A DNA stretch of 64,000 nt, taken from the NCBI RefSeq assembly GCF_964204645.1, contig NC_134034.1:10924962-10988961 (forward strand), read 5' to 3'. The notes beneath the pieces were generated by a model that saw only the letters and a list, made by a program, of their open reading frames with translations, searched no databases and was not told the DNA's origin. Positions 48,475 to 63,399 of the stretch are shown one piece after another; position 1 is the first letter of the stretch, and each line of letters begins with the position of its first letter. The position numbers and the translations under genes were made by a program. This DNA comes from Tubulanus polymorphus (Eukaryota > Animalia > Nemertea).

Positions 48475-48757
48475 CTTTCCCCTCTCTCCTCTCCCCTCCC
48501 CCTCTCTCCTCTCTCCTCTCTCCTCTCTCCTCTCTCCTCTCTCTCCCTCTCTCCTCTCTCTCCCTCTCTCCTCTCTCCTCTCTCCTCTCCTCTCCTCTTT
48601 CCTCTCTCCTCTCTCTTTCCTCTCTCCTCTCTCCTCTCTCCTCTCCTCTCCTCTCTCCTCTCTCCCTTCTCCCCTCTCCCCTCTCCCCTCTCCCCTCTCC
48701 CCTCTCCCCTCTCCCCTCTCCTCTCCTCTCTCCTCTCCCCTCCCTCTCTCCCTCTCT
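48475..48757. repeat. Polypyrimidine (CT/CCT) low-complexity tract
   Basis: Direct inspection. Confidence 0.95.
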
Positions 48758-49529
48758 TGCTCTATTCAATTCAATTTGCTGAGCGCAAGTCTTCATTTGG
48801 ATAAGTCATCAACATAATGAACATCTCGGCTTTTAAGCTAGTTTGTAATAATATTTTCAAAATGAAAATAAGCCTTCATTATCAGGTGAGTGGGTGCCAG
48901 AGTGGGTGGTAGAGTGGGTGGTAGAGTGGGTGGTAGGGTGAGTGTTGAGGTATTCATCTGTCCACCCACAATCATACATGATATACCGACTTTAATATCG
49001 CTACTTATCACAATTTACTTAACACAATTAGTTGTTATCTTCGTCTTATCGTCACAATTAATCACCGATACGTCCATTCTTATCAAGACGTCGGTTTTAT
49101 GCGGATACGTCAATTTTTTAGACCATCGTCTTTAAACAGGGTCCCTACGGCTTCGCGATTCCTTAAAAACTCCTAAACAGAAAATGCTATCGCTTTTAAA
49201 GGTGCTGGGAACTCCTTTGATCTTAGCAAAATGCCTGAAACTCCTTCAATTTCGAGAAATAGGCAATTAGAAATTTTTGCAGTTGGAACCAGGATCTTTT
49301 CGTCACCCTATCAGGCGGTTAACGAATTAGGAACTGAGTGTAAGTGGTGTATAACAGTGTTTTCGATAAGAAATTAACGAGCCAGGTCCCTTTGAAAAAC
49401 AGTAGGGTCCCATAATATGTCACAGTCCCTGAAACGAAAGCTGGTTTGAAAAAACAGGCGGGTCCTTTTTTACAAACGACAGACGGGTCTGGGACCTGGG
49501 ACCTGGCTCTTATTGAAAACACTGTATAA

Positions 49530-49887
49530 AGCCTAGCGCACATCGACACTGCGATTGGAGACAACTAGTTGCAAGGCAGTTTTCGGCGCATGAGAGGAAC
49601 TGGCCGGATACGATCAGTTGCTTGAATGTGTTGATGTGAGCGAGCTTACGACTGGTAAGCGTCGATCTATCTCCAGTTCCAGCCAGTTGCCCATGTTCTA
49701 CTTTTGAGCAACTGGTTGTACTCAATCGCAGTCATATCTGTCGATGTGCGCGCTCTGGATCTCGACGATCGACACGCGCCATGCAGTTGCTGCAACTGAC
49801 CGGTTGTAACTAGATTTCGATGTGCGCGGGGTAATCGTTCGGTAGCAACTAGTTGTCTCCAATCGCAGTGTCGATGTGCGCTAGGCT
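49530..49887. mobile_element. PIF/Harbinger-like MITE with ~43-bp perfect inverted ends
   Basis: AGCCTAGCGCACATCGACACTGCGATTGGAGACAACTAGTTGC and its exact reverse complement; TAA on both flanks. Confidence 0.85.
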
Positions 49888-50839
49888 TAAGGATACAATT
49901 TTGCGTATAAAACCATCGAATTACTGGTCCACCGAGGTAAACAGAACTGTTTTGGAAGGAGTCTACTGTAATTGGGATATGGAAGTGATGCAGACGCTTC
50001 CTCGAAATACGAAATTTTCTCCTTTAAAACTCCTTCGATCTGTAGAGATTGTTTTAACGGCGTTAAAAAGTTCGACTTTATAACGACGTGGTTTATAGAG
50101 AGGGAATGTTATTAATATTTCTGTTCTAGTGCGGTTTAGAGATCGACAGACCACACCCAGTCATCGCACATACACGAACACACGCCGACTATAAACACCG
50201 GAATACCTGTCAGATACCGGTATAACGTTAATCCTTCGTAATCGGTTTATACGCTCGAACGTAGGGGGCACTGCGCGTAATTACCTCTCGGTCAGTCGAG
50301 TCAGTCAACTCGTGGTCTATATGACTCTTACGAGGACGTATGACTCCGAGAGTCTTTTGATCGAATTATGAGTTAGTGACTTTCATTAAGCTTGCTAAGG
50401 AGTGAAGATATTGTCTGATACCATTGGTTCTGGGGTAGTGCGGAATTCGAGCCATGCGTGCTGTGACTGTTTGAATTATAACCCCCCCCCCCCCGTTTCA
50501 CTGCCGGCAGGTGAAAGCGGTGGGTTTAATCTCAATCGTCAGGTACACCAAATCAAAACAAATCAAACGAAATCTACCAATCAAATAAATAACAAGTATT
50601 TTAAAAGGCTGGAAATGATAATTTCAGGTATTTTTCAGTAGGTAATTTCAGTAGTAAGGTTTAATACGAGAGACGCCTATTATAGTTGTAGGCTTATTGC
50701 CTATTGTGCTAATGTCATGTTTGATTTCCTGATTATTTCTTCAAAACCGGTTTTTTCATGACGCTGTAGGCTATATGAATGAAACCATGGCAATCAATAT
50801 CATATTTGCCCTGGAGTTTTGACCTCTGTATATGAGTCT

Positions 50840-51425
50840 CTCACTTACCAGTGGTAGAATCTGATCGCCAATCTTCAGTCCTCGCTTGCCAGTGGTAGAA
50901 TCAGTCTTCAGTCCTCACTTGCCAGTGGTAGAATCTGTCCTCAGTCCTCACTTGCCAGTGGTGGATTCATTCATCAGCCCTCACTTGCCAGTGGTAGAAT
51001 CAAGTCTTCAGGCCTCACTTACCAATCTTATCCCCAGCCCTCACTTGCCAGTGGTAGAATCTGTCCTCAGTCCTCACTTGCCAGTGGTGGAATCATTCAT
51101 CAGCCCTCACTTGCCAGTGGTAGAATCAAGTCTTCAGGCCTCACTTACCAATCATCTTATCTCCAGCCCTCACTCGCCAGTGGTAGAATCAGTCTTCAGT
51201 CCTCACTTACCAATCTTATCTCCAGCCCTCACTCGCCAGTGGTAGAATCAAGTCTTCAGGCCTCACTTACCAATCTTATCTCCAGCCCTCACTCGCCAGT
51301 GGTAGAATCAAGTCTTCAGGCCTCACTTACCAATCTTATCTCCAGCCCTCACTCGCCAGTGGTAGAATCAGTCTTCAGTCCTCACTTACCAATCTTATCT
51401 CCAGCCCTCACTTGCCAGTGGTAGA
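50840..51425. repeat. Minisatellite of ~30-bp units with higher-order structure
   Basis: CTCACTTGCCAGTGGTAGAATC core. Confidence 0.9.
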
Positions 51426-51929
51426 AACAGGCCTCCGGGTCTCTGTAATACACAAGCTATGTCGATGTTTATTATGATTGTACAGCGTGGTCTGTATGGA
51501 CTGTGGGTAATATCGAGGTCGATCGGCGCATTGGAAATCCATAGAAGTAATTTAACAGCGAGACCACGCTCCCCTCCCCCTCCGCTCCCCCTCCCCTCCC
51601 AGCTTCCTCAACTAAAACTCGGTTGACAAAAAATCATTTGTTATTATCCTCTCTCTCTAGATATTCAACGACAACGAGTTCAGATCACATTACATACGTT
51701 ACTGATCACATGACGAAAAATCATATATGTGACTTAAGCCATAAGAGAACGGCGGGTCGTGCAATCTGATCGTCCTGCAATGATAGTCCGTGTTGAACTA
51801 TTGCGATGCTCTGGGCTCGCTCACCTTGTGACACAATCGAGTGAGATCTTCTTGTTTTCTTCTTGCTCAATTTGTGGCTGCGGAGGAAATTAGAGAGGCG
51901 ATGTGAAAGATGAGGAACTGGAAGGTTCA

Positions 51930-52645
51930 GTACGGAGAGGAGAGTGGAAGAGGAGAAAGAGAGGGGGATGAGAGAGAGAGGGAGAGCTAGGTAGAGAGAG
52001 GGAGGGGGGAGAGAATCAAGTAGAGAGAGAGAGAGAGAAAGAGAGCAAAGTAGAGAGAGGAAGAGAGGGATAGGAGAGAGAGCGAAGGAGAGAGAGGAGA
52101 GAGAACAAAGTAGGGACAGGGAGAGGAGAGAGCAAAGAAAAGAGACAAGGAGAGGAGAGAGCAAAGTAGAGAGAGGAAGAGGGAGAGGAGAGAGAGCAAA
52201 GTAGAGAGAAAGAGAGAGGGAGAGGAGAGAGAGCAAAGTAGAGAGAAAGAGAGAGGAGAGAGGGAGAGGAGAGAGAGCAAAGTAGAGAGAGAGGAGAGAG
52301 GGAGAGGAGAGAGAGCAAAGTAGAGAGAGAGAGAGGAGAGAGGGAGAGGAGAGAGCAAAGTAGAGAGAGAGAGAGAGGAGAGAGAGCAAAGTAGAGAGAG
52401 AGAGAGGAGAGAGAGCAAAGTAGAGAGAGAGAGAGAGGAGAGAGAGCAAAGTAGAGAGACAGGGAGAGGGAGAGGAGAGAGAGCAAAGTAGAGAGAGAGA
52501 GGAGAGAGAGCAAAGTAGAGAGACAGGGAGAGGGAGAGGAGAGAGAGCAAAGTAGAGAGAGAGAGAGGAGAGAGAGCAAAGTAGAGAGACAGGGAGAGGG
52601 AGAGGAGAGAGAGCAAAGTAGAGAGACAGGGAGAGGGAGAGGAGA
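51930..52645. repeat. GA-rich minisatellite punctuated by GCAAAGTAG
   Basis: Direct inspection. Confidence 0.93.
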
Positions 52646-54396
52646 TTGTTTTCACTAAAGTATGCGATGAAACCACTTTTCATTCATTGCTTCAATCTCG
52701 AGTCTAATGAGTTAGTCGCTGCGTCGTCGACTGCTGTCGTCGTCGAAGTCGTTTCCCTCGGGCGATTTTTTTCGAATTAAGAAACTCCGTATACGGAAAC
52801 TGATTCTCGTGCGTCGGATTTATTGATGGGCACTCGAACGAGATCGCTTAAACTCACCTTCGATGTTACGATTCAATTAGAGTTCTCAATCTCGCGTTCG
52901 CAGCGCGCTGTATCGCGTGTAGCTTTACATCGAGATCTCATTATTTTTTCATACCTCTCAAATTTTGCGATTTCGGAACGAGATTTCGAGAACGGTGTAT
53001 CGAGATCGTGAGATTGATCGAGTTTAAAATCTCTGAAGATCTGTTAGTTTTCTTTTGTCAGATGAATCAGGAATATTGCTGCTTGTTTTCTCTATTTTGC
53101 GTTTAACGAAGAAAACTGTTTCTAAATCAGTTTCGATTGCAAACTCGTTTCTCGGAATGGATGAAAAGAAAGGAAAATAATCAACGGTTTCTAGCTGTTC
53201 AATTTCTCTATCTATAGCTGGTGATTTTTTTCACTTTAGTAAATAGAACAGCTTGCATTCAGTTGTAGCTTCAGTCGAAATCAGTTTTGAATTGGGGCCT
53301 GTCAGGTTCGTACGTAATTGCTTAATCGCAAACCCTGAAGCCTGCGATGACATCATATAGTATTCATAACCAGCAGCCAATCAAAACCCTCCCCGGGTCA
53401 CCTGACCAGCTTTGGCGTAGTAACCCTAGCAATAGGTTTGACCAGCTGTGACATCATAAACCGATATAGCCGTATCGATACCGAGACATTGAGCTGTCAT
53501 CCCTCACTTTCTTCTCACTTGTCTCTTTCTTACTCTTCTTTTTTCACTGTTTCTTTTCTCACTCATCTTTCTTCTCACTTTTCTCTCTTCTCTTCTCTTC
53601 GCTCATCCCTTCCTTCTAACTCATTTTTCATTGTTCTCACTTTTCTCACTCTTCTCTCTATTCTCTCTTCTCTCACTCTTCTCATTCACTCTCTCTCTTT
53701 CCTCTCACTTTTTTCTCCTCTCTCCTCTCACTTTCTCATCTCATTTTCTCTCCTCACCCATCCCTTTCTTCTTTCTCTTCCCACTCTCTCTCTCTCCTCC
53801 CACTCCCTCTCTTCCCACTCTCTCCCTCTCTTCCCACTATCGGTGTGATTTTGATGGTGATTATTTGCGGAGAGTAATTCACTATTTACAGCTCTATCCT
53901 CAGTCTATGACTGTTTATTGTGACGTACTCAAATGTTTTATAGTTTCGCACGCCGAGATTTATATCACCTTCCCTCACCAGCTATCAGCGGGTTTAATCT
54001 GTCCGAGAAAAAAATTATCTATTTTACACTTTTTGACAAGTTCTGTCATCATCATCATCATTATCATCATTGTTCTCATCATTCTCGATGACATCGACAT
54101 TATGATTTCATTCTTTTTGAAAAAATGTGCGTTTCCATAGTAACGTTGTGGCGAGGTTTGTTAAATCGGGGCGCGTGTCGTTCATGATTTGTTTCCTCGT
54201 GTGAAAAACTGTGTCCAATTTAGGCAATTTACTCGACGTGTAAATTCGATGTTAATTTCTCTAAAAGTGTTACAACGCGACGTAAGCTGCGGAAGTGGAT
54301 TTTTGTTTTGTTTTCTCTGAATTTCTTAATTCAATCTCGAGTTACGCGTTTTTGATACGCAGCCAAATTTGAAAACATTCTCAATGCTCAGAAGCT

Positions 54397-54887
54397 CCAC
54401 AGTTCTGAACCCAGTTCCGCAGTTCTGGACCCAGTTCCTCAGTTCTGAACCCAGTTCCGCAGTTCTGGACCCAGTTCCTCAGTTCTGAACCCAGTTCCGC
54501 AGTTCTGGACCCAGTTCCTCAGTTCTGAACCCAGTTCCTCAGTTCTGAACCCAGTTCCACAGTTCTGGACCCGGTTCCACAGTTCTGGACCCAGTTCCAC
54601 AGTTCAGAACTCAGTCCCATAGTTCTAGACCCAGTCCCACTGTTCTGGACCCATTTCCGTAGTTCCGGACCCAGTTCCACAGTTCTGGACCCAGTTCCAC
54701 AGTTCAGAACTCAGTCCCATAGTTCTGGACCCAGTTCCACGGTTCAGGACTCATTTCCACAGTTCTGGACTCATTTCCACAGTTCTGGACCCAGTTCCAC
54801 AGTTCTGGACCCAGTTCCACAGTTCTGGACCCAGTTCCACAGTTCTGGACCCAGTTCCGCGGTTCAGGACTCATTTCCACAGTTCTC
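54397..54887. repeat. 20-bp minisatellite
   Basis: CACAGTTCTGGACCCAGTTC, about 24 units. Confidence 0.95.
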
Positions 54888-55979
54888 AGTGAGGTTAAGT
54901 TTTCTTCATTGCCGCCGGTGACATCAATAGAAATATAAGTTAACGAAATTATTGCAGGCCCCGAGTAGAGATTTAGAGAGAGCGAGAGCATGAGGGAGGA
55001 GGAAGGGAGAGGAGAGGGAGGAGAGGAGAGAGATGGGGAGAGGGAGGAGAGAGAGAGGAGGGGGAGAGATGGAAAGAGGGAGGGGAGAGATGGTGAGTTA
55101 AAGCAGATGCTATATCAGTAGAGAGAGAGGGAGTGAAATAATTTCTATGGTAACTGAATTACCAGTTAGTTACTGCTGCTGCTGCTGCTGCTGCCGCTGA
55201 TGCTGCTGCCGCTGTCCGGTGTTTATTAACTGAGATTCTCGCTGAAAACGTTTCGATGATAAATAGATTGTGATAATCGAATGAATTTATACAGATCTGG
55301 AGGGAAACATCTGAGTTAAAAGCATCGTCGCGTTTCAGCACATAAAATACAATAGAAATAGATCGGTCTTTAATTCAGTTTTCTGTAGAAAATTCCCGGT
55401 AGTTTTCACCGTGACAATTTCTCGATAGGCCACGACCTGATTCCAACGTTCTTCAGGCGGGCCACTGACCTAGAAAACCAGGAAAAATATGGAAAATATC
55501 GGGGAAAATTCGAAGAATTTGACAGATTTCGCAAAAAAAAAACCTGGAAAATTCCGGGAATAACGGGTGATGCTATTGACCACGTGTTTCAGTGCATGAT
55601 TCAAATGGACGAATTGTAACATTTTAAACCTAGAAATTTCTCTGAGTTTCTCAGGGGAAATCTCGTGTTATAACTTGGAAAAATCAGGGAAAAGTTGATA
55701 TGATGACAATTGAAATTTCATCGTTACTATGGTATTTAACGGCCCGTTATCTTTAACCAACTTTTGAGCAACTGGCCCAGGTTGTTGTAATTGGGCGGAA
55801 AGTGGCGCCATTGCACCGCCTTATTCATAGTTAACTCTGGTTCAACTGCATGAGTTTGAAACTCTTCAGAATTTCTGGTGAGTTGTTATTTGTACGTGAC
55901 GTGCGTCGTATCTGAAAAATATATCAACGTTATGAATTTTAGATTTGAATAATGAGATCTCGATCACATTGAGATGTCA

Positions 55980-56440
<461 letters not shown>

Positions 56441-58184
56441 CTATATCAAAACGGAAATTAAACCAGCCCATATCAGATAGCTACGTTTCACAGTTGAATA
56501 ATTCTGAATTCACTCGTGCAAAAATTTCCATCTTTATTTGATTTTGTTTGCGCTGCTTCGCATTCACTGTTTACTCAATATATCCTCATCGGACTGAGAT
56601 GGATGTGTACAGTGTTTCGGGTGAGGGTGGGTGGTTTTGGCCGAATGGAGCTGGTAGTGAAGGGGTGTCCGAACCAGGAGGCGCGTTCAAAACTGCATGA
56701 AATGATTTACAAGATATTTTTGTTTTTATTTCAGGTGAATCGCTGCATTTCATCGATACAAGTAAGTTACAATTATGTCATATGTATTCTCCCTTTCTCC
56801 TCCCTCCTCCCTATCCTCCCTCCCTATATCCTCCCTCTCCTCCCTGTCTTAACTCCCTATCCCTCCTCCCTATCCTCCCCTGTCTCCTCCCTCTCCTCCC
56901 TGTCTTCTTAACTCCCTATCCTTCCTCACTATCTCCTCCTTATCTGCTCCCTATCCTCATCCCTCCTCCCTCTCCCCTCATCCATCTCCCCACTCTCCAC
57001 TCTCTGCAGATGTACGTCGTCGCGGTAATCAGTCTCTCAATTCAAGAGATTGAAACATGTTGAAATCTAATGAAGCATTGTTTGTTTATCTCTTGCTGTT
57101 GTGTGTCGTTACCCGGTAATTGCAGCCGAACGCCTTCTGGCTGATTTTCACAGAGTCTAGACATTCGTAGTTTAATACCTAACTTCTGAAAATGTTTACA
57201 TTTTGTCTCGCTAGTTTCAGGGTCAGCCCTTGACACTGTCTTGTTAATATCGACGAATCAGAACCGTGAAACCACGTCCAGGACCCAGTTTCACGGAAAG
57301 GATTAAGGCCTAAATCGATTTAAGATAAACTGAATTAATGAAGAAATTGAAACTAGTTGAAAAGTTAAACCTTTTTGTGAAACTGGGCCCCGCCTGAAAA
57401 TGCCCGATTGATTTTGGCAGAGTTCATTGTTTACCAAAAATGAAAAACGCCTCTGAAATTGTGGCCTGGCATCCGCATATTAAGAACAGCCAATTTCTTC
57501 TTTCCTTATTCCCGAGAATCTAATCGCCACCTTATTCAGAAATTCATAAAATATGCAGTTGGTGTTGAAATCTACGTAGGGGGCGGATCTAGCTTTTCGG
57601 AAAAAGGGCTGCGCACTAATTACTTGGGTCATTACATATATAATTACATATGTGGGATATGCTCCTCCAGAAATTTTTTTAGAAAATTAGATGCATTCTG
57701 ATCACTTTCCTGGTTGAAATTGGTAATGAAATATGATTGTTCACAATTTCACCATTTCCTAAAACAAGAAATCTTGGGTAGAAAATTCGAAGGTCACTCA
57801 CCACACTGCTACGAATACGCGACTATATAGTTTAAGTTGGAAGAGATTGATCTGTAGAATATCTCTCTTAATTGAGGTGTTTAACTTCAGCGCAAGTCTG
57901 AGATAACCCGACGAGATAACTATAAATTGTAGGATTTACTAAGTCTCGCGGGAATAACTAGGTCCCATGGGATTAACTAGGTCTCGTGGGATTAACTAGG
58001 TCCCGCGGGATTAACTAGGTCTCGTGGGATTAACTAGGTCTTGCGGGATTAACTAGGTCCCGTGGGATTTAGATCCCTCATGAAACATTAATGTAAGGAT
58101 TATGCGTAAATTCACATTTCGGATTCTGACTGCATTAATTAACGCTGTCCGTTATGTAACCAGTGGATACAGTGTTTTAGTAAT

Positions 58185-58646
58185 CAGCGGTCAGTCATTT
58201 ATCATCAGCGGTCAGTGCATGGTCATCAATGGTCAATTCTTGGTCATCAGTGGTCGGTTCTTGGTCATCAGTGGTCGGTTCTTGGTCATCAGTGGTCGGT
58301 TCTTGGTCATCAGTGGTGGGTTCTTGGTCATCAGTGGTCGGTTCTTGGTCATCAGTGGTGGGTTCTTGGTCATCAGTGGTGGGTTCTTGGTCATCAGTGG
58401 TCGGTTCTTGGTCATCAGTGGTCGGTTCTTGGTCATCAGTGGTCGGTTCTTGGTCATCAGTGGTCAATTCTTGGTCATCAGTGGTCGGTTCTTGGTCATC
58501 AGTGGTCGGTTCTTGGTCATCAGTGGTCGGTTCTTGGTCATCAGTGGTCGGTTCTTGGTCATCAGTGGTCAATTCTTGGTCATCAGCGGTCAGTTCTTGG
58601 TCATCAGTGGTCGGTTCTTGGTCATCAGTGGTCAGCTCCTGGTCAT
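58185..58646. repeat. 21-bp minisatellite
   Basis: TTCTTGGTCATCAGTGGTCGG, about 20 units; a 19-bp array lies just upstream at ~57950-58070. Confidence 0.95.
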
Positions 58647-59359
58647 TCGAGGCTCATTACAATGATTGCGCCTAAAGGAATTCCTGTCATATCAAACTCA
58701 AACTATTTCTGGTATTCGTCAAGTTTTCCGATAAGAATATGTAGGACTCGAGGGGGGGGGGACAGGATCTTATGCCCAAAATTGGTCTCGGATCTGAACT
58801 TAATCGATATACTATAAAACTATTAATATAGTCCTAGGTCTTAAATCTATAGAAGACATGAGGCTGTGTAGCTGATCTGCTCTGTCGATGAAAAAATTGG
58901 TTTTATATCGAAATTTCTAACTGTCGCTGTCGTTGTACAGGCTATTAGTGCCCGACTGACCGCTGAAGGGGAGGAGGGGGAGGGGGGGGTACAGCTAGAT
59001 TCCTAACTAGGAAGGAATCAAATATGTAAAACGCGTTCTTGCTTTGTAAACGCGGGGAGAACATTCTAAATGAACCCGGCGGGGAGAATTTCTATCCGGT
59101 GTTCGTGTTTGCGGTTAGTTGTAGCCGCAAGGGTAATGAGAATATATTTAACCTTGTTAGTTGATAAACCACCGGGGCCTCGAGGAGTAATCTACCGATC
59201 CACGTTCCACCGCGCAGTTCCACATCAGTCTGTAACTGGATTTATCGGTAATAAACTCCCTCTATCCCTTGTATTTGTGTTCGGAGTTAACAGTTACTCA
59301 AAGACATTTTCTTTAATCAGAGAAATCATTTATAACAAGCTTGCGTTAATAAGACAGAC

Positions 59360-61652
59360 AGTGAAAGGGGGCTGTATAGGGGCTGAGGGGAGTGTGTATG
59401 GGGTGAAATGGATCTATATAGGGCTGATGGGAGTCTGGGGTGAAAGGGGGCTGTATAGGGCTGAGGGGAGTCTGGGGTGAAAGGGGGCTGTATAGGGGCT
59501 GAGGGGAGTCTGGGGTGAAAGGGGGCTGTATAGGGGCTAAGGGGAGTGTGTATGGGGTGAAATGGATCTATATAGGGCTGATGGGAGTCTGGGTGAAAGG
59601 GGGCTGTATAGGGGCTGAGGGGAGTCTGGGGTGAAAGGGGGCTGTATAGGGGCTGAGGGGAGTCTGGGGTGAAAGGGGGCTGTATAGGGGCTGAGGGGAG
59701 TGTGTATGGGGTGAAATGGAGCTATATAGGGCTGAGGGGAGTCTGGGGTGAAAGGGGGCTGTATAGGGCTGAGGGGAGTCGGGTGAAAGGGGCTGTATAG
59801 GACTGAGGGGAGTCTCGGGTGAAAGGGAGCTGTATAGGGGCTGAGGGGAATATAGGGGTTAGGTATCTGTAGGGGTGGTGGAAGGGAACTAGGTACTGCG
59901 GGAAGTCTCTAGGTAGTAGGATCTGTAGGGGGTAGGATCTGTAGGGGGTAGGATCTGTAGGGGTAGGATCTGTAGGGGTAGGATCTGTGGAGGTTGGATC
60001 TGTAGGGGGTAGGATCTGTAGGGGTAGGATCTGTAGGGGGTAGGATATGTAGGGTTAGGTATCTGTAGGGGAAGGATCTATAGGGGTAGGATCTGTAGGG
60101 GTAGGATCTATAGGTGGTATGATATGTAGGGGGTAGGATCTGTAGGGGGTAGGATATGTAGGGGTAGAATCTGTAGGGGGTAGGATATGTCGGGTTAGGT
60201 ATCTGTAGGGGTAGGATCTGTAGGGGTAGGATCTGTAGGGGTAGGATCTGTAGGGGTAGGATCTGTAGGGGTAGGATCTATAGGTGGTAGGATATGTAGG
60301 GGGTAGGATCTGTAGGGGGTAGGATATGTAGGGTTAGGTATCTGTAGGGGGTAGGATCTATAGGGGGTAGGATATGTAGGGTTAGGTATCTGTAGGGGGT
60401 AGGATCTATAGGGGGTAGGATATGTAGGGTTAGGTATCTGTAGGGGGTAGGATCTATAGGGGTAGGATATGTAGGGTTAGGTATCTGTAGGGGGTAGGAT
60501 CTGTAGGGGTAGGATATGTAGGGTTAGGTATCTGTAGGGGGTAGGATCTGTAGGGGGTAGGATATGTAGGGTTAGGTATCTGTAGGGGGTAGGATCTATA
60601 GGGGTAGGATATGTAGGGTTAGGTATCTGTAGGGGGTAGGATCTGTAGGGGTAGGATCTGTAGAGGTAGGATCTGTAGGAGTAGGATCTGTAGGGGGTAG
60701 GATATGTCGGGTTAGGTATCTGTAGGGGTAGGATCTGTAGGGGGTAGGATATGTAGGGGGTAGGATATGTAGGGTTAGGTATCTGTAGGGGTAGGATCTA
60801 TAGGGGTAGGATCTGTAGGGGTAGGATCTATAGGTGGTAGGATCTGTAGGGGGTAGGATCTGTAGGTGGTAGGATCTGTAGGGGTAGGATCTATAGGTGG
60901 TAGGATCTGTAGGGGTAGGATCTGTAGGGGTAGGATCTGTAGGGGTAGGATCTGTGGAGGGGGTAAGATCTGTAGGGGTAGGATCTGTAGGTGGTAGGAT
61001 CTGTAGGGGTAGGATCTATAGGTGGTAGGATCTGTAGGGGTAGGATCTGTAGGGGTAGGATCTGTAGGGGTAGGATCTGTAGGGGTAGGATCTGTAGGGG
61101 GTAGGATCTGTAGGGGGTAGGATATGTAGGGTTAGGTATCTGTAGGGGTAGGATCTATAGGGGTAGGATCTGTAGGGGTAGGATCTATAGGTGGTAGGAT
61201 CTGTAGGGGGTAGGATCTGTAGGGGTAGGATCTGTAGGTGGTAGGATCTGTAGGGGTAGGATCTATAGGTGGTAGGATCTGTAGGGGTAGGATCTGTAGG
61301 GGTAGGATCTGTAGGGGTAGGATCTGTAGGGGTAGGATCTGTAGGGGTAGGATCTGTGGAGGGGGTAAGATCTGTAGGGGTAGGATCTGTTGGTGGTAGG
61401 ATCTGTAGGGGTAGGATCTATAGGTGGTAGGATCTGTAGGGGTAGGATCTGTAGGGGTAGGATCTGTAGGGGGTAGGATCTGTAGGGGGTAGGATATGTA
61501 GGGTTAGGTATCTGTAGGGGTAGGATCTATAGGGGTAGGATCTGTAGGGGTAGGATCTATAGGTGGTAGGATCTGTGGAGGGGGTAGGATCTGTAGGGGT
61601 AGGATCTGTGGAGGTGGTAGGATCTGTAGGGGGTAGGATCTGTGGAGGGGGT
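59360..61652. repeat. Two adjacent G-rich satellites (~34-bp unit at 59360-59850; ~14-15-bp unit at 59910-61652)
   Basis: GGGGTGAAAGGGGGCTGTATAGGGGCTGAGGGGAGTCT and GTAGGATCTGTAGGGG units. Confidence 0.96.
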
Positions 61653-61964
61653 ATAAACAGCTACAGATGAAGGGAATGTCAACAGATTTAATATGATTAA
61701 TGCTCTTTGAACTGTACTTCCTCTGATCCGTTACTGACCAGTTTGATGGATGAATGTTAGTTTTTATCAGATATAACCAGTGAGGTAGAATCAGCATTCC
61801 GTTTGAAGTAAGTCGTAAGATATTGGAGGCTGGGGAATGGTCATGATACCGCGGGGAACGAGGGGGGATTATGATTATTGTAATAGCGCTGCTATGTTTG
61901 AAGTATTACACACTGTTTTTCGTGGTGTTTATCCTTTGAAGTGATAAGAATTCATATCTCAATC

Positions 61965-62175
61965 ATCAGCGGACGGATCCTCAACGGATGGATCCTCAGC
62001 AGACGGATCCTCAGCAGACGGATCCTCAACAGACGGATCCTCAACAGATGGATCTCAGCAGACGGATCCTCAGCAGACGGATCTCAGCAGACGGATCCTC
62101 AGCAGACGGATCCTCAACAGATGGATCTCAGCAGATGTATCCTCAGTAGACGGATCCACAGCAGACGGATCCTCA
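61965..62175. repeat. 15-bp minisatellite
   Basis: CAGACGGATCCTCAG. Confidence 0.92.
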
Positions 62176-63199
62176 TGAAGCTAGCTCTGTGCACGAATCA
62201 GCGACCATTTTGTTTGAGTTTTTTATACCATTAATTTTTTTCGCGTATGATTCGACACGACTGGAAAACAACTCAACCGTGTCTATGAATCAAGCCGTTA
62301 CCGTTAACGATGATGACAATGATTAGTTTACGTGCAGACGGACGGACAGACGGAAGTCAGTTCGAATATCATCGTGGCAACCATTGTTGCTTTAGGGATC
62401 ATTCATTAATTACGTACGCATGAAATTTGAATTTTTCAACCCCCCCTCCCCCTCAGTACGCAAAATCGGCCATTTTTTCGTATACATTAAGCATTACAGT
62501 ACGCAATTGCACTGACCTCTCCCCCTCCCCTAATGTGTACGTAATAAATGAATGACCCCTTAACGTTTAATCTACCAAGTCTTTCAAGATGTCTGCATCT
62601 ATAGAATCCCCCTATGACATCATCAAACGCCTAATGATTTGATCTATGAACCTTTCGGATAAGATGGCAGCATCTATAGAATCCCCCTATGACATCATCA
62701 ATTGGCAAAGGATTTGAGAACCTTGCGTATATGATGGCAGCATCCATTGAATCCCCCTATGACATCATCAATTGGCAATGGATTTGACATACGAGCCTTC
62801 TGGATAAGATGGCTGCTGAATTCCCCTATGATATCATTATTGTCTAATGAAAAGATGATCTTAAACTCGGTATCATAAATTCTAAACCAGGGCCACAGTT
62901 GGACTAGTCACGACTATTAGAGCATTAGGGTGGCGCCACTGATGTGGAAAATGTGAAAAATTCTGGGAATAATGTAATTGACCACCTATTTCTTTATCGA
63001 TACGTGATTCAATGAAAAATGAATGAATTATAAGATTTTAAACCTAGAAATTTCTCTGATTCACTCGAGGAATTTTGTTCAATCGCACGGGAAAAATCTT
63101 AAGAAAACTGAAAATGTTACATTAACCCAGATTGAGGAGGAGGTGAATCCTTAAAACGACCAGGACGTCGTCTGAAATCTGATAACGTCGACGATTTTC

Positions 63200-63375
63200 C
63201 GTGAATTAAAGATTACGACTGAGTTGCAACGAGTCGTCCCGCGCTAATTCAATGGAAGACGATCTTCTTTGATGTGAAGAAAGCGTTCGACCAGCGCAGG
63301 ATTAGCCGGCGTCGTCACAATTTTTATATCTAGGGTGAAAGAGGACGCGCATTCAAAAAGGTGCACAGGAAAAAA
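63200..63375 (+). pseudogene. Possible degenerate non-LTR reverse-transcriptase fragment
   Basis: IFFDVKKAFD followed by GERGRAFKKV resembles RT domain 3 (compare IFLDFQKAFD..GITGKALKWI in the LINE above); stop codons present. Confidence 0.4.
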
Positions 63376-63399
63376 AGATTCTGGGATCGGTGGATGCGG

